From Myxococcota bacterium (lineage in GTDB: Bacteria > Myxococcota_A > UBA796 > SXON01), in the NCBI GenBank assembly GCA_040386535.1, contig JAZKFH010000058.1, positions 1-39,548 on the forward strand: a stretch of DNA of 39,548 nt, in the 5' to 3' direction. How positions within the stretch are numbered: position 1 is the stretch's first letter; each line of letters starts with the position of its first letter. A program made the translations under genes and the position numbers. Below the pieces are notes generated by a model. That model saw nothing but the letters and a program-made list of their open reading frames with translations, made no database searches and was not told the DNA's origin. Below, in pieces: positions 27,782-37,484 of this stretch.

Positions 27782-29701
27782 TTGCGCCTCGTCCCCCGGT
27801 TGCCTCTCCTCGCGGTCTTCCTGCTCGGGTGCCTCCACGAGAACGACATCAACGGGAAGTCGGCCGAGCCGGTCGTGGAGGAGGCCGACACCGCGGTCCC
27901 GCCGACCGAGGACACCGACACCGACACGCCGCCGGACACGGGCGAGCCGCCGCCCGACTGTGAAGACCGGTCCTTCGCCGGCGAGGACATTCCGCAGGTG
28001 GACGAGTGCTCCGCCGCGGGGGCCACGGGCACGTTCACGCCGGAGGTGCTCTGGGACAAGCAGGCCTTCAGCTACGAGAGCGGGTCGAGCAGCTGCATGA
28101 TGCAGCCGATCGTGTGCCCGCTCACGGATGACGACGGCGATGGCGACGTGGACGCGGACGACATCGCCGACGTCGTGCTCATCACCTACTCCCCGGGCGT
28201 GCTGCGCGCCCTCTCGGGCACCGACGGGGCCGAGCTGTGGGGCACGTCCGGAGGCGGCACGATCCAATACACGGGCGGGGCCGCGTGTGGAGACCTCGAT
28301 GGCGACGGCGCGGTGGAGATCGTCGCCGCCACGACCACCGGCGTCGAGGTGTTCGATCGCCTGGGCAACCCGCTGTGGACGAGCACCGCGTGCAGCGGCG
28401 CGCTCGACGGCACGTCCGACGCGCCCGGCATCGCCGACATGGACGCGGACGGCGCGCCCGAGGTCATCATCGGGAGCTGCATCCTCGACAAGGACGGTGC
28501 TCTCCGCGGCCGCGGCCTCTACGGATGGGGCAGCTCGGGGAACGCGGGCTCGGGCGCCTTCGCGGTCGACATCAACCAGGACGGGGCGCTCGAGGTCGTG
28601 GCGGGCAACGCCCTCTACGACATCGACGGCAACACGCTCTGGGAGAACGGCGAGCGCGACGGCTACCCCGCCGTCGGCAACTTCGACGCGGACGACTTCG
28701 GCGAGATCGTCGTCACGGGCGACTCCGAGCTACGCATCCAGGACGACGACGGCACCGTCTTGTGCTCGGCGCCCATCCCCGCGGCGACCACCGTGTACGG
28801 CGGCCCGCCCACCGTGGCGGACTTCGACGGCGACGGCGAGGCGGAGATCGGGGTCGCCGCGAACTCGACCTACACCGTCTACGAGGCCGATTGCAGCGTG
28901 CTCTGGCAGTACACGGGCACGACCGATCCCTCCTCGGGCAACACCGGGTCGGCCGTGTTCGACTTCGAGGGAGACGGGGTGGCCGACGTGGTCTACGCCG
29001 ACGAGCGCTGGGTCTGGGTGTTCGACGGGCGCGACGGCGCAGTGAAGATGCAGGACGGCTACCACACGAACGGCACCTCGCTGGAGTACCCGACCATCGC
29101 CGACATCAACGGGGACGGCAGCGCCGACATCGCGGTGTGCAACACCAACGCCCTGAACGGCGTGACGGTGTTCCAGGACGCCGATCAGTCCTGGCGCGCG
29201 GGCCGTCGCATCTGGAACCAGCACGGCTACAGCATCACCAACGTGAACGAGGACGGCTCGATCCCCCGCTACCAGGAGACCAACTGGCTCTCCTACAACA
29301 ACTTCCGCTCGGGGGACATCACGCCGGTGCACGGCTACGTCGGCCCCGACCTCACCGTCACCATCCTCGACGTGTGTGTCGACGAGTGCGCGCTCGGCAA
29401 CGTGACCGTGTGGTACGCGGTCGCGAACCAGGGCCACGCGCTGGTCGAGGACGACGTGGAGATCACCTTCTGGGGCTACACGTCCACCGGCCCGCAGCTC
29501 CTCGGCAGCACGACCTGGACGGCGGACATCGTGCCGGGCGTGCGCACGGCATCCGTGTCCATCGAGCTCACCGGCGTCCCGACGCCGCTCGAGGACCTCT
29601 GGGTCACCATCGACGGCGGAGACGAGACGGCCGGGGGCGTGGTGGCCGAGTGCCACGAGGACAACAACGTCGACGAGTGGGGCGGGTACATCTGCCTCTG
29701 A
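27782..29701 (+). CDS. FG-GAP/VCBS-repeat lipoprotein with C-terminal CARDB-like domain (639 aa)
   Basis: Lipobox LLGC; repeated D(L/F/M)DGDG..EI(V/I) motifs; WNQHGYSITNV; ECHEDNN. Confidence 0.85.
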   Translation: MRLVPRLPLLAVFLLGCLHENDINGKSAEPVVEEADTAVPPTEDTDTDTPPDTGEPPPDCEDRSFAGEDIPQVDECSAAGATGTFTPEVLWDKQAFSYESGSSSCMMQPIVCPLTDDDGDGDVDADDIADVVLITYSPGVLRALSGTDGAELWGTSGGGTIQYTGGAACGDLDGDGAVEIVAATTTGVEVFDRLGNPLWTSTACSGALDGTSDAPGIADMDADGAPEVIIGSCILDKDGALRGRGLYGWGSSGNAGSGAFAVDINQDGALEVVAGNALYDIDGNTLWENGERDGYPAVGNFDADDFGEIVVTGDSELRIQDDDGTVLCSAPIPAATTVYGGPPTVADFDGDGEAEIGVAANSTYTVYEADCSVLWQYTGTTDPSSGNTGSAVFDFEGDGVADVVYADERWVWVFDGRDGAVKMQDGYHTNGTSLEYPTIADINGDGSADIAVCNTNALNGVTVFQDADQSWRAGRRIWNQHGYSITNVNEDGSIPRYQETNWLSYNNFRSGDITPVHGYVGPDLTVTILDVCVDECALGNVTVWYAVANQGHALVEDDVEITFWGYTSTGPQLLGSTTWTADIVPGVRTASVSIELTGVPTPLEDLWVTIDGGDETAGGVVAECHEDNNVDEWGGYICL

Positions 29702-29726
29702 CCGTGCGGACCCCGGATCCGATCCC

Positions 29727-31055
29727 CTACCGCAACACCAGCCCCACGATCCCGATGCACATCTCGTCCAGGCTGCCCTCGCCGAGCGTGACGTCGATGG
29801 GCTCGTCGAGCCCCGCGTCCGCCAACGCGCGCTGCACGCCGGGGTTGGCGAGGGTGTTGTCGTAGTGGCACTGCATCCACAACGTGTCGCCGCCGCGGCC
29901 CTTGGGGAGCTCCTCGATGGGCGCGTCGTACGCGTAGGTGCGCTGCCAGTCGAAGTCCCAGCCGGTGCGGACCAGGCAGTCCTCCGGGGCCTCGTCCGCC
30001 TCGGGGACGCCGCGCCGCCAGCGGATCTGCATGTCGGTGCCGACCATGTGCATGTGCGTCGCGATGGAGAAGAACGAGAACTCCTGCGTGCCCTCGGGGA
30101 TGGGGATCGCCATCGTCTCGACGTGGTCGGCCTTGTTCGCGGGGATGCGGAACTCGGCGCCCGCCATCCGGTCGTTGACGCCGGGGAGCAGGCCGGCGGT
30201 CTCGTCGGACGCGTTGCCGATGGCGGTCACGAGCGCGGTCCACTCGGGGGCGGTGTCGGTCCACCGCAGGACCACCTGCGTGAGGTCGGGATCCGCCACG
30301 CGCCCGCCCGCGTGGTAGTGGAGCTGCATCACGATGCGCGACCCCGCGGCCACCGTGATTGCGCTGCCCTCCGGGTACTCCAACGGCGGGCTCCCCGGCA
30401 CCCACACGCCCAGCACCTGGCCGCCGGACACGTCGAAGCAGCTGGTGTAGTCGTCGCCCCAGCTCGCGGACGTCCCCTCGGGATCGCTGAAGACGACCGC
30501 GTGGTGCACCACCTCGGAGTTGCCGGGCAGCACGTCCAGGCCGGTGAGCCAGCCGTCGGTGAGCAGCTCCGGGTCCATCGACACGCAGAGGAACTCGTCC
30601 GTGTCGCCCGATGTCGTGTGGGCGGCGCCGGGCTCGATCGTCTGGACGTTCCCCTCCAGCGCGTAGCCGGCGGGCTCGGGGAGGGGCGCCGCGGTGGCGG
30701 GATCCCCCTCGGGGGCGCCGGCCTCGGCCCAGGCGCGCAGGGTGGCCTTCTCTTCTTCGGTGAGCCGCGGATCGTTCTTCCAGGGCTGCGGCGGCTGGCA
30801 GTCGTCGGTCTCGTACGCGTCGAACGGCGGCATCGTGCCCGCCTCGACCGCGGCCAGAGCGGCGTCGGCCATGGGGCCGGCGGCGCCGTAGTCGTCGAGC
30901 GCGAAGGGCGCGATGCTCCCGGCGCTGTGGCAGCCCCCACATTTTCCGACCACGATCGGCGCCACGTCGGCGTGCCAGGTGGGCGTGGTGGACGCGGCCT
31001 CGGTGCCACAACCCACGAGCAGGAGCGAGAGGACGGCGAGCGGGTTCACGTGCAT
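29727..31055 (-). CDS. Lipoprotein with an N-terminal c-type heme motif and a copper type II ascorbate-dependent monooxygenase (PHM-like) domain
   Basis: Lipobox LVGC; CGGCH followed by MPP; Cu ligands VHH, LHYH, THMH and EMC; WDFDWQ. Confidence 0.8.
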   Translation of the reverse strand: MHVNPLAVLSLLLVGCGTEAASTTPTWHADVAPIVVGKCGGCHSAGSIAPFALDDYGAAGPMADAALAAVEAGTMPPFDAYETDDCQPPQPWKNDPRLTEEEKATLRAWAEAGAPEGDPATAAPLPEPAGYALEGNVQTIEPGAAHTTSGDTDEFLCVSMDPELLTDGWLTGLDVLPGNSEVVHHAVVFSDPEGTSASWGDDYTSCFDVSGGQVLGVWVPGSPPLEYPEGSAITVAAGSRIVMQLHYHAGGRVADPDLTQVVLRWTDTAPEWTALVTAIGNASDETAGLLPGVNDRMAGAEFRIPANKADHVETMAIPIPEGTQEFSFFSIATHMHMVGTDMQIRWRRGVPEADEAPEDCLVRTGWDFDWQRTYAYDAPIEELPKGRGGDTLWMQCHYDNTLANPGVQRALADAGLDEPIDVTLGEGSLDEMCIGIVGLVLR

Positions 31056-31133
31056 GGGATCAACCTTGCACGCTGGGACCCGCGGCGGAGGCCGAGCCGA
31101 AAGATCAATGTCTTCTGGCCCGCCCCGATCGGC

Positions 31134-31478
31134 CTATTCCGTAGGCGGCGTGACCTTGGCGGGCTTGACGACAGCCTTCTCGGCCTTCGGGAGCACGATG
31201 ATCGGGTCCTTCTTGCGGCGCTTGTAGAGCAGCACCGTGTGGCCGATCACCTGGGCGACGCTCGCGTCGAGCTCGGTGGCGAGCCAGGTGCCGACCTCGG
31301 CGGCGGGCTCCAGACAGCCGTCGCCCACCTTGACCTTGATGAGCTCGTGGTGCTCGAGCTCGAGGCGCGCCTTGCGCAGCACGGGCTCGGTCATGCCCTC
31401 CTTGCCGACGGCCACGGTGGAGGAGAGGGCGTGGCCGAGGCCGCGGAGGTGACGTTTCTGCTTGCCGGTGAGGTCCAT
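31134..31478 (-). CDS. yhbY: Ribosome assembly RNA-binding protein YhbY (CRM domain)
   Basis: LTGKQKRHLRGLGH.L...VGKEG...HELIKVK...QVIG...LLY. Confidence 0.93.
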   Translation of the reverse strand: MDLTGKQKRHLRGLGHALSSTVAVGKEGMTEPVLRKARLELEHHELIKVKVGDGCLEPAAEVGTWLATELDASVAQVIGHTVLLYKRRKKDPIIVLPKAEKAVVKPAKVTPPTE

Positions 31479-31519
31479 CGCGCCGCGTTATCCCGGCGGC
31501 GGCGGGTTAGCGGGCCGAC

Positions 31520-32209
31520 GTGACCGACGAACCCCTGGATCGCGCGCCTCCCGCCCCTGCCGACCCTGCCGCCGAGCGCGGGGTGACCCCTGGCCGCCGT
31601 GCCCGCGTCGAGGCCATGCTCGCCCGGCGCCTCGGCTCCGTGGTGGCCGTGGCCGAGAGCGTGCGCCGCCGCCACAACGCGAGCGCCATCCTCCGCACGT
31701 GCGAGGCCTTCGGCGTGCACGAGGTGCACCTCGTCACCGCCGGCTTCCGCCCCAGCCCCGGCGCCGCCCGCGGGGCCGAGCGCTGGGTGTTGCGCCGCCG
31801 CTTCGACACGACCACCGCGTCGCTGACCGAGCTCAAGGCCCGCGGCTTCAAGATCTATGTCGCCGACCTGCTCCCCGGCGCGCTCACCCCCGAGACCGTC
31901 CCGGTCGACACCCCCGTCGCCATCGTCTTTGGCAGCGAGGTGCGCGGCGTGAGCGACGAGGCGCGCGCCCTGTGCGACGGCGCCGTGATGATCCCCATGG
32001 TGGGCCTCACCGGCTCGCTCAACGTCTCGGTGTCCGCGGCGATCCTGCTCCGCACCATCACCGACCGCCGCCGCGCCCTGGTCGGCGCCGACCTGTCCGC
32101 CGAGGCGCAGACAGCGTTCTTCGACAAGTGGCTCCACTCGGAGACCCGCGCCGAATTCGGCCGCCGGGCACGGGCGGCGGGGATCGATCCGGGGGATGTG
32201 ACGGGGTAG
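31520..32209 (+). CDS. TrmH/SpoU family RNA 2'-O-methyltransferase
   Basis: HNASAILRTCEAFG, IVFGSEVRGVS and IPMVG.T.SLNVSVSA SPOUT motifs. Confidence 0.9.
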   Translation: MTDEPLDRAPPAPADPAAERGVTPGRRARVEAMLARRLGSVVAVAESVRRRHNASAILRTCEAFGVHEVHLVTAGFRPSPGAARGAERWVLRRRFDTTTASLTELKARGFKIYVADLLPGALTPETVPVDTPVAIVFGSEVRGVSDEARALCDGAVMIPMVGLTGSLNVSVSAAILLRTITDRRRALVGADLSAEAQTAFFDKWLHSETRAEFGRRARAAGIDPGDVTG

Positions 32210-32584
32210 GGGTCTCGGTCCTCGGCGGGGCGCCCCCCGGTCGGGGCACGCGCGCTGCCGCGCGCGCGTCCCGACCGGGTCGGTCCCGTGCGGGGGTCGG
32301 CCTTCGGCCTCCGCTGGCGGGGCCGGGCGCCTGCCGGCGCCCGGCGGCGCCGAGCCGGCCGCGCCCGCGCGGCCGCCCCTCCCGGCACTTGGCGCGGGGA
32401 CTGCGGACGCACGTCGTCGACCCTCATGCCGCGAACAAGCCCACCGCCACCCGGGCGAGGCGACCGGAAGGCGGCCGGCAGCGCCGGCCGGTCCCGCCGG
32501 CAGGCGGACCGAGCGCAGCGAGCCTGAAGGGTGCCGACCCCCGCGACAGCGGGGGGCGCCCCCGGATCGGCGCCCCCTCAGGTG

Positions 32585-33112
32585 CTACTCCTCCCCATCC
32601 CCCGTCGGCACCAGCGGGCCGTAGCGGCGGAACTCGGGCAGGAACGCCATCGACTTGGGATCGGCGCGGTCGATGTAGAGGACGCCGTCGAGGTGGTCGC
32701 ACTCGTGCTGGACGACGCGGGCGGCCCAGCCGTGGGCCTCGAACGAGAGGGGCTTGCCGTGGCGATCGCGGCAGACGACGCGCACCGACGTGACGCGCTC
32801 GACGCGGCCGCGCATGTTCGGGAGGGACAGGCAGCCCTCGTAGCCGCCGACGGTCTCCTCGGTGAGCGGCGTGATGACGGGGTTGACGAGGAACATCGGC
32901 CCGTCCTCCTCCTCGAGCTCGAACACCACGACGCGCTCGCTCACGTGCACCTGGGGCGCGGCGAGGCCGGCGCCGTCGAGCTCGTACATGCTCTCGAGCA
33001 GGTCGTCGCAGAACCGCTGGAATTCGGGGGTGGCGAAGCGCTCGGGCGGCACGGCGACCGCGACCTCGCGCAGAACGGGATGGCCCATGTGGGCTACCTT
33101 CAGGATAGACAT
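32585..33112 (-). CDS. def: Peptide deformylase
   Basis: GAGLAAPQ, EGCLS and QHECDHLDG motifs. Confidence 0.95.
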   Translation of the reverse strand: MSILKVAHMGHPVLREVAVAVPPERFATPEFQRFCDDLLESMYELDGAGLAAPQVHVSERVVVFELEEEDGPMFLVNPVITPLTEETVGGYEGCLSLPNMRGRVERVTSVRVVCRDRHGKPLSFEAHGWAARVVQHECDHLDGVLYIDRADPKSMAFLPEFRRYGPLVPTGDGEE

Positions 33113-33199
33113 CGGCTTCGTTTAACGCCTTGCGTTGTAGTGGTCCCCGCTTGCGGCAAGTCGGGGATGGGGTAGACGTAGGCCCGCTCTGGAGTACCC

Positions 33200-33460
33200 G
33201 TGGCTGACTGGAACAATCGGTGGGAAGACAACGTCGGTGGCACCGCGGTCATCGGCGGCAAGAAGGTCGGCTTCTTCGTGGACAAGGAGTGTATCCTCTG
33301 CTCCGTGTGTTCCGACGCCGCGCCGAACAACTTCCGCATGTCGGACGCCGAGGATCACGACATCACCTTCAAGCAGCCGGAGAACAGCGAGGAGCTGGCC
33401 CAGTGCTACGAGGCGATGGAGAACTGCCCGGTCGAGGCCATCGGCGACAACGGGAACTGA
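33200..33460 (+). CDS. Single-cluster ferredoxin (86 aa)
   Basis: GGAG RBS; CILCSVC...AP.NF...CPVEAIG. Confidence 0.9.
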   Translation: MADWNNRWEDNVGGTAVIGGKKVGFFVDKECILCSVCSDAAPNNFRMSDAEDHDITFKQPENSEELAQCYEAMENCPVEAIGDNGN

Positions 33461-33524
33461 GGATCCGGGCGTTCCGTGAGGGCGGCCACGGCTCCCTCGC
33501 ACCGCCCGCCCCCGGTCCGCACCA

Positions 33525-33556
33525 CCCCCGCGTGAGCGATCACCCGGGGGTTTCTT
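33525..33556 (+). terminator. Probable intrinsic terminator after the ferredoxin
   Basis: CCCCCG-C-GTGA [GCGA tetraloop] TCAC-C-CGGGGG followed by TTTCTT. Confidence 0.5.
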
Positions 33557-34196
33557 CGTTCGTTCCGGTGCGCCCCGGCTCCTGCCCGTGGGCGATCTTC
33601 GGCCAGTAGCGCTCGAAGCGGAAGTCGGGCGAGTTGTCGTGCGTGTGGCACGCGACACACGCCGCGCCGCTCTGCGGGAGGTCGCCGTAGCCGGCTGCGG
33701 GCGCCGCCACGTGCGCGCTCCCGGGCCCATGACAGGCCTCGCAGCCCACGTCGTCCAGCGGCGCGGTCTTGGCGCCGGCCCAGCCGCCTGGATGCCCGAG
33801 CCCGGTGACGTGGCACGGTAGACACGACGGGTTGGACGCCGAGGAGTTGGTGCGGAGCGTCTCGAGCGCGTGGGCGTGTGCCGAGGCGTTCCACGTGGAA
33901 CCCGCGGTGGGATGGCAGGCCGCGCACGTCGCAGTGCCGACGTACACGGTGTCGGCGCGGCTCACGCCGAGGAAGGCGGGCAGGGGCGAGGCGCCGTCGC
34001 GGACGGGCGGGCCGCCACGGGCCGGATCGGGCACACGCGCGGCGGCTTCGGCCTCGGCGGCGCGGTGGGTGTCGGTGGGGAGCGGCTCGGCGGGAGACGG
34101 GGCGACCGGTGACGACGGGGCGCCGATGGGCGTGTCGGTGCCGACGCGCGGGGCGCACGCGGCGAGGAGGGCGAGCAGGGCCCAGCGCGCGCTCAC
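33540..34196 (-). CDS. Tetraheme c-type cytochrome lipoprotein (c554-like), 218 aa
   Basis: GTGA overlap with the upstream gene; lipobox LAAC; YVG...CAACH, CLPCH, VGCEACHGPG and CVACH motifs. Confidence 0.88.
   Translation of the reverse strand: MSARWALLALLAACAPRVGTDTPIGAPSSPVAPSPAEPLPTDTHRAAEAEAAARVPDPARGGPPVRDGASPLPAFLGVSRADTVYVGTATCAACHPTAGSTWNASAHAHALETLRTNSSASNPSCLPCHVTGLGHPGGWAGAKTAPLDDVGCEACHGPGSAHVAAPAAGYGDLPQSGAACVACHTHDNSPDFRFERYWPKIAHGQEPGRTGTNEETPG
33887..33902. promoter_or_regulatory. parS-like palindrome inside the cytochrome gene
   Basis: CGTTCCACGTGGAACC, containing the perfect 14-bp palindrome GTTCCACGTGGAAC. Confidence 0.6.
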
Positions 34197-35242
34197 GGCC
34201 CGAACATCGCTTGTTGCGCCACGTCCAGCTCGGCGCGCGCCTGCTTCTGCATCGCGAGCAGCTCGGGATCGTCGGGCATGTCCGGATCGAGGTCGATCTG
34301 GCGCGACAGGCCCCCGGTGACCCGCCCGCCGTCGAGGCCGAGGCGTAGCTCGCCGAGGCGCATCGTCTGGAGGTGCGACGCGACCCACACGGCGTTTGCG
34401 GGGGTGTAGAAGGGGTCCTGCCACTCGCGGTGCAGCGCGGCGTCGACCACCACGTCGACGCTCGGGTGCGTGGCGGCGAGCTTCACGGCGGCGTCGGTGG
34501 CCTGGTAGGCGAGGAGCACGATGACGTCGGTCTGGGCGGCGAGCTCGTCGAGCACGGCGCCGGCGGTGGCGGGATCGTTGACGGTGTAGCCGGGCACGTC
34601 GGTGAGGGTCTGCGCGGCGCTGGTGATGCCGGTGATGCCGACCTTCACGCCGCCGCGCTCTACGATCACCCAGCGGTTCACGCCGGGGCCCTCTACGTTC
34701 GCGGACACGAGCGGGAGCGGCGGGCCGCCGTCCGTCGGGAGCGTGGTGAGGCCGGCGATGTCGGGCGAGCCGACGTTGAGCGCGTCCCAGCCGGTCGCGC
34801 GCACGCCCTTGACCATCCACGCGTTGCCGAGCGTCACGTCGTCTCGGAGCTTGCCGTCGAACCCCATCGCGTCCTGGAGCCAGTAGCCGGCGTTCACGAG
34901 CACGGACGGCACGTCGGGGTTGGCGGCGCGCGAGGCGTCCACGTAGGCGTCCATCCGGGCGAAGGAGCCGCGCGGGCGCTTGGGGCAGCCGCACGTCTCG
35001 AGCGACCCCTTCTGCTCGCCGCCGTAGAAGATCACGAGGTCCGCCGGGGCCGTGGAGACACGCTTGGCGAGGGGCCCGTCGACGGCGAGCTCGCCGGTGA
35101 GGGCCTGCGGGACGGACCGCCGGGCGGGTGTCTCGGACGGGGTGCCGAGGGCGGCGCCGGCCTTGGGCGCGCACCCGGCCGCGAGCGTCAGCAGCGTGAG
35201 CGGAAGGGCGAGGACGACGATCGAGCGCGACAGGGAGACCAT
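34193..35242 (-). CDS. UshA/5'-nucleotidase N-terminal-like (metallophosphoesterase fold) lipoprotein with a CGC motif
   Basis: Lipobox AAGC; GSLETCGC...GSFAR, DALNVG..D, PLVSANV and GVKVGITG motifs; the canonical metal ligands appear degenerate. Confidence 0.7.
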   Translation of the reverse strand: MVSLSRSIVVLALPLTLLTLAAGCAPKAGAALGTPSETPARRSVPQALTGELAVDGPLAKRVSTAPADLVIFYGGEQKGSLETCGCPKRPRGSFARMDAYVDASRAANPDVPSVLVNAGYWLQDAMGFDGKLRDDVTLGNAWMVKGVRATGWDALNVGSPDIAGLTTLPTDGGPPLPLVSANVEGPGVNRWVIVERGGVKVGITGITSAAQTLTDVPGYTVNDPATAGAVLDELAAQTDVIVLLAYQATDAAVKLAATHPSVDVVVDAALHREWQDPFYTPANAVWVASHLQTMRLGELRLGLDGGRVTGGLSRQIDLDPDMPDDPELLAMQKQARAELDVAQQAMFGP

Positions 35243-35278
35243 GCCCGGGCCTTAACCATGGCGTATGCTCCCGCCGCC

Positions 35279-36460
35279 ATGTCGTCGGGCCGCGTCCTCC
35301 TCTTCCTCGGGCTCCTCGCCCACCTCTGGTTCGGGCTCCGCCCTGCGTACGAGCGCGTCACCTCCGCGCCGAGCGGCCGCGACTACGCCAGCTACTACTA
35401 CGCGGTGCAGGTGGCGGCCGACGGCGGCGACCCCTACGACACCGGCGCCCTCGGCGCCAAGGCCCGCAAGGAGCGCACCCGCAAGGAGGTGCACCCCTAC
35501 TTCTACCCGCCGCCGTTTTTACTCACGATGACCTGGGCGCTGCCGCTCTCCCTGCCGAAGGCCTACCTCGGCATGCTCGTCCTGAACGAGGCCCTGCTCG
35601 CCGCCACCGTCGCGCTCTGCCTCGGCCCCTTCGGCGTGGCGCCGTGGGCGGTGGCGCTGCTGCTCGCCGTGTTCTCGCCCATCCCCGACAACGCCTGGAT
35701 GGGCCAGGCGAACCTGCTCGCGCTGGTCCCCGCGCTCGCGGGCCTCGCCGCCGCGCCCCGCCGCCCCGTGCTCGGCGGCGTCCTGGTCGGGCTCGCGGGC
35801 ATGATCAAGATGAGCCCCGCCCTGTTCCTGCTCTACTGGGCGATCCAGGGCCGCTGGAAGCCGGTGGCCGCCGCCGTGGCGACCGCCGTGCTGCTCTCGG
35901 TCGCGACGCTGCCGCTGGTCGGGCTCGACGCGCAGCTCCGCTTCTACACCGACATCCTCCCGGGCTTCTCCTCGGGCGACTACCACGGCCTCACCGTCCC
36001 GATCGCGCTCCCCGCCAACCACTCCATCCCCGACCTGTTCAACCAGCTCTGGGCGGGCCCCTCGCGCTTCCGCCTGTCCGATGCGGCGCAGCTCGGGAGC
36101 AGCCTCACCGCGGTCGCCCTGCTCGGCCTATGGGCCTTCCGCTTCCGCGGTCCCTCCCCCGCGCACCCCGATCCCGCCGCGATCGGCGCGCTCTCGGTGC
36201 TCATGGTGATGCTCCCGGTCTACACCTACGAGCACCACCTCGTCTTCCTGCTGCTCGCCGTCGGCGCGGCGGCGACGCTCCGGCCCGGCCTCGCGGTGCT
36301 CTGCGTGGGCTTCTTCCTCGCATGGCCGCTGGACTGGCTCCGCGGGGTCCAAGGCGTCGTGAGCGGGGTGCCGTACGCGGGGGTGCTCCTGCGCGAGAGC
36401 AAGTTCATCGCCGAGCTGGCGCTGTTCGGGCTGCTGCTGTGGGGGCCGCGGCGGCGGTAG
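35279..36460 (+). CDS. GT87 / DUF2029 membrane glycosyltransferase (GT-C fold)
   Basis: RDYASYY, PY, YFYPP, GQAN, IKMSP, NHS and YEHHL motifs with many TM helices. Start is 35258 or 35279. Confidence 0.85.
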   Translation: MSSGRVLLFLGLLAHLWFGLRPAYERVTSAPSGRDYASYYYAVQVAADGGDPYDTGALGAKARKERTRKEVHPYFYPPPFLLTMTWALPLSLPKAYLGMLVLNEALLAATVALCLGPFGVAPWAVALLLAVFSPIPDNAWMGQANLLALVPALAGLAAAPRRPVLGGVLVGLAGMIKMSPALFLLYWAIQGRWKPVAAAVATAVLLSVATLPLVGLDAQLRFYTDILPGFSSGDYHGLTVPIALPANHSIPDLFNQLWAGPSRFRLSDAAQLGSSLTAVALLGLWAFRFRGPSPAHPDPAAIGALSVLMVMLPVYTYEHHLVFLLLAVGAAATLRPGLAVLCVGFFLAWPLDWLRGVQGVVSGVPYAGVLLRESKFIAELALFGLLLWGPRRR

Positions 36461-36494
36461 GTTCGAGGTGGGCGTTCAGAGGGGAACGCGGCGC

Positions 36495-37484
36495 TCAGGC
36501 GAGCGGCGGGATCGTCGTGAGCTTCGCCGGGTCGAGCACCCAGTGGATGGCGACGATTTTCCCGGTGGGCCCGAGCGTGACGCCCACGACGAAGCGTGGG
36601 GCGCGCCCCGGCGCCGGGGCCATCAGCTCGACCACGGCCATCGGGGCGCCGTTGAGCGACCGGATCTCCCAGCGGTTCTCGGGCCCCGCGGCCGACGCCA
36701 CGTGGAGCAGGAACTTGACCACCTTCTCGGCGCCGAGCACCGGCACCTTCGCGGCCGAGAACACGCCGCCGCCGTCGCTGCGGAGGACCACGTCGGGGGC
36801 GAGCTGGGCGAGAGCCGCAGCGGCGTCGCCCGTCGCGAGCGCGCCGAGGAACGTCGTGAGCGCCGCGAGGGTGGCCTCGGAGGTGGCGGCGGCGTGGTTG
36901 TCGGGGGCGCGGCCGTTCGGTGCGCGCCCTTCCAGGCTGCGCCGCGCCTTGTGGTGGGCCACGCGGACGGCGCCGGGCGTGCTCCCGAGCGCGGCGGCGA
37001 CCTCGTCGGCGTCGAGCTCGAACACGTCGCGGAGCAGGAGCACGGCGCGCTGCGTGGGCGTGAGCGCCTCGAGGGCGAGCAGGAACGCGAGGCCGGCGGT
37101 CTCGGTGCGGGTGTAGCGGGCTTCGGGGGTGTCGGCGTCGGGGGTGGTGGCGCCGAGGATCGCGGCGCTGTCAGCGCCGGGGATCGTGGTGCCATCGGCA
37201 TCGTAGAGGCGTTCGCTCGGCACCGGCGAGGGCAGCCACGCCCCGTCCCGCCGTTGAGCACCTCTGCGGCGCCGCGCGCGCAGCCGGTCCCGCGCGAGGT
37301 TGGCGCACACCCGCACGAGCCACGGCCGCAGCGGGCGCCCGTCGTCAGGTACGGGATGTTCGATGGCGCGCAGGAACGTCTCCTGCACGAGCTCGTCGGC
37401 GTCCGAGGCCAGCCCGGTCATGCGGTACCCGAGCCCCCACAACAGGCGCTCGTGGGCGGCAAAGGCGTCGGCGACGGTCTCCAT
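36495..37484 (-). CDS. ECF sigma factor, ECF41/SigJ-like, with C-terminal SnoaL-like extension
   Basis: DADELVQETFLR, WLPSP, LTPTQRAVLLLRDVF, DGGG and C-terminal LDPAKL motifs. Confidence 0.9.
   Translation of the reverse strand: METVADAFAAHERLLWGLGYRMTGLASDADELVQETFLRAIEHPVPDDGRPLRPWLVRVCANLARDRLRARRRRGAQRRDGAWLPSPVPSERLYDADGTTIPGADSAAILGATTPDADTPEARYTRTETAGLAFLLALEALTPTQRAVLLLRDVFELDADEVAAALGSTPGAVRVAHHKARRSLEGRAPNGRAPDNHAAATSEATLAALTTFLGALATGDAAAALAQLAPDVVLRSDGGGVFSAAKVPVLGAEKVVKFLLHVASAAGPENRWEIRSLNGAPMAVVELMAPAPGRAPRFVVGVTLGPTGKIVAIHWVLDPAKLTTIPPLA

Noticed and set aside
32210..32584. Extremely GC-rich gap between the TrmH-family gene and def as an ncRNA or CDS
   Set aside because: Short inverted repeats are expected at this GC content; no duplicated unit or known RNA motif was recognised.
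34970..35000. Second selenoprotein in the UshA-like gene
   Set aside because: The motif is encoded TGC GGC TGC with no in-frame TGA.
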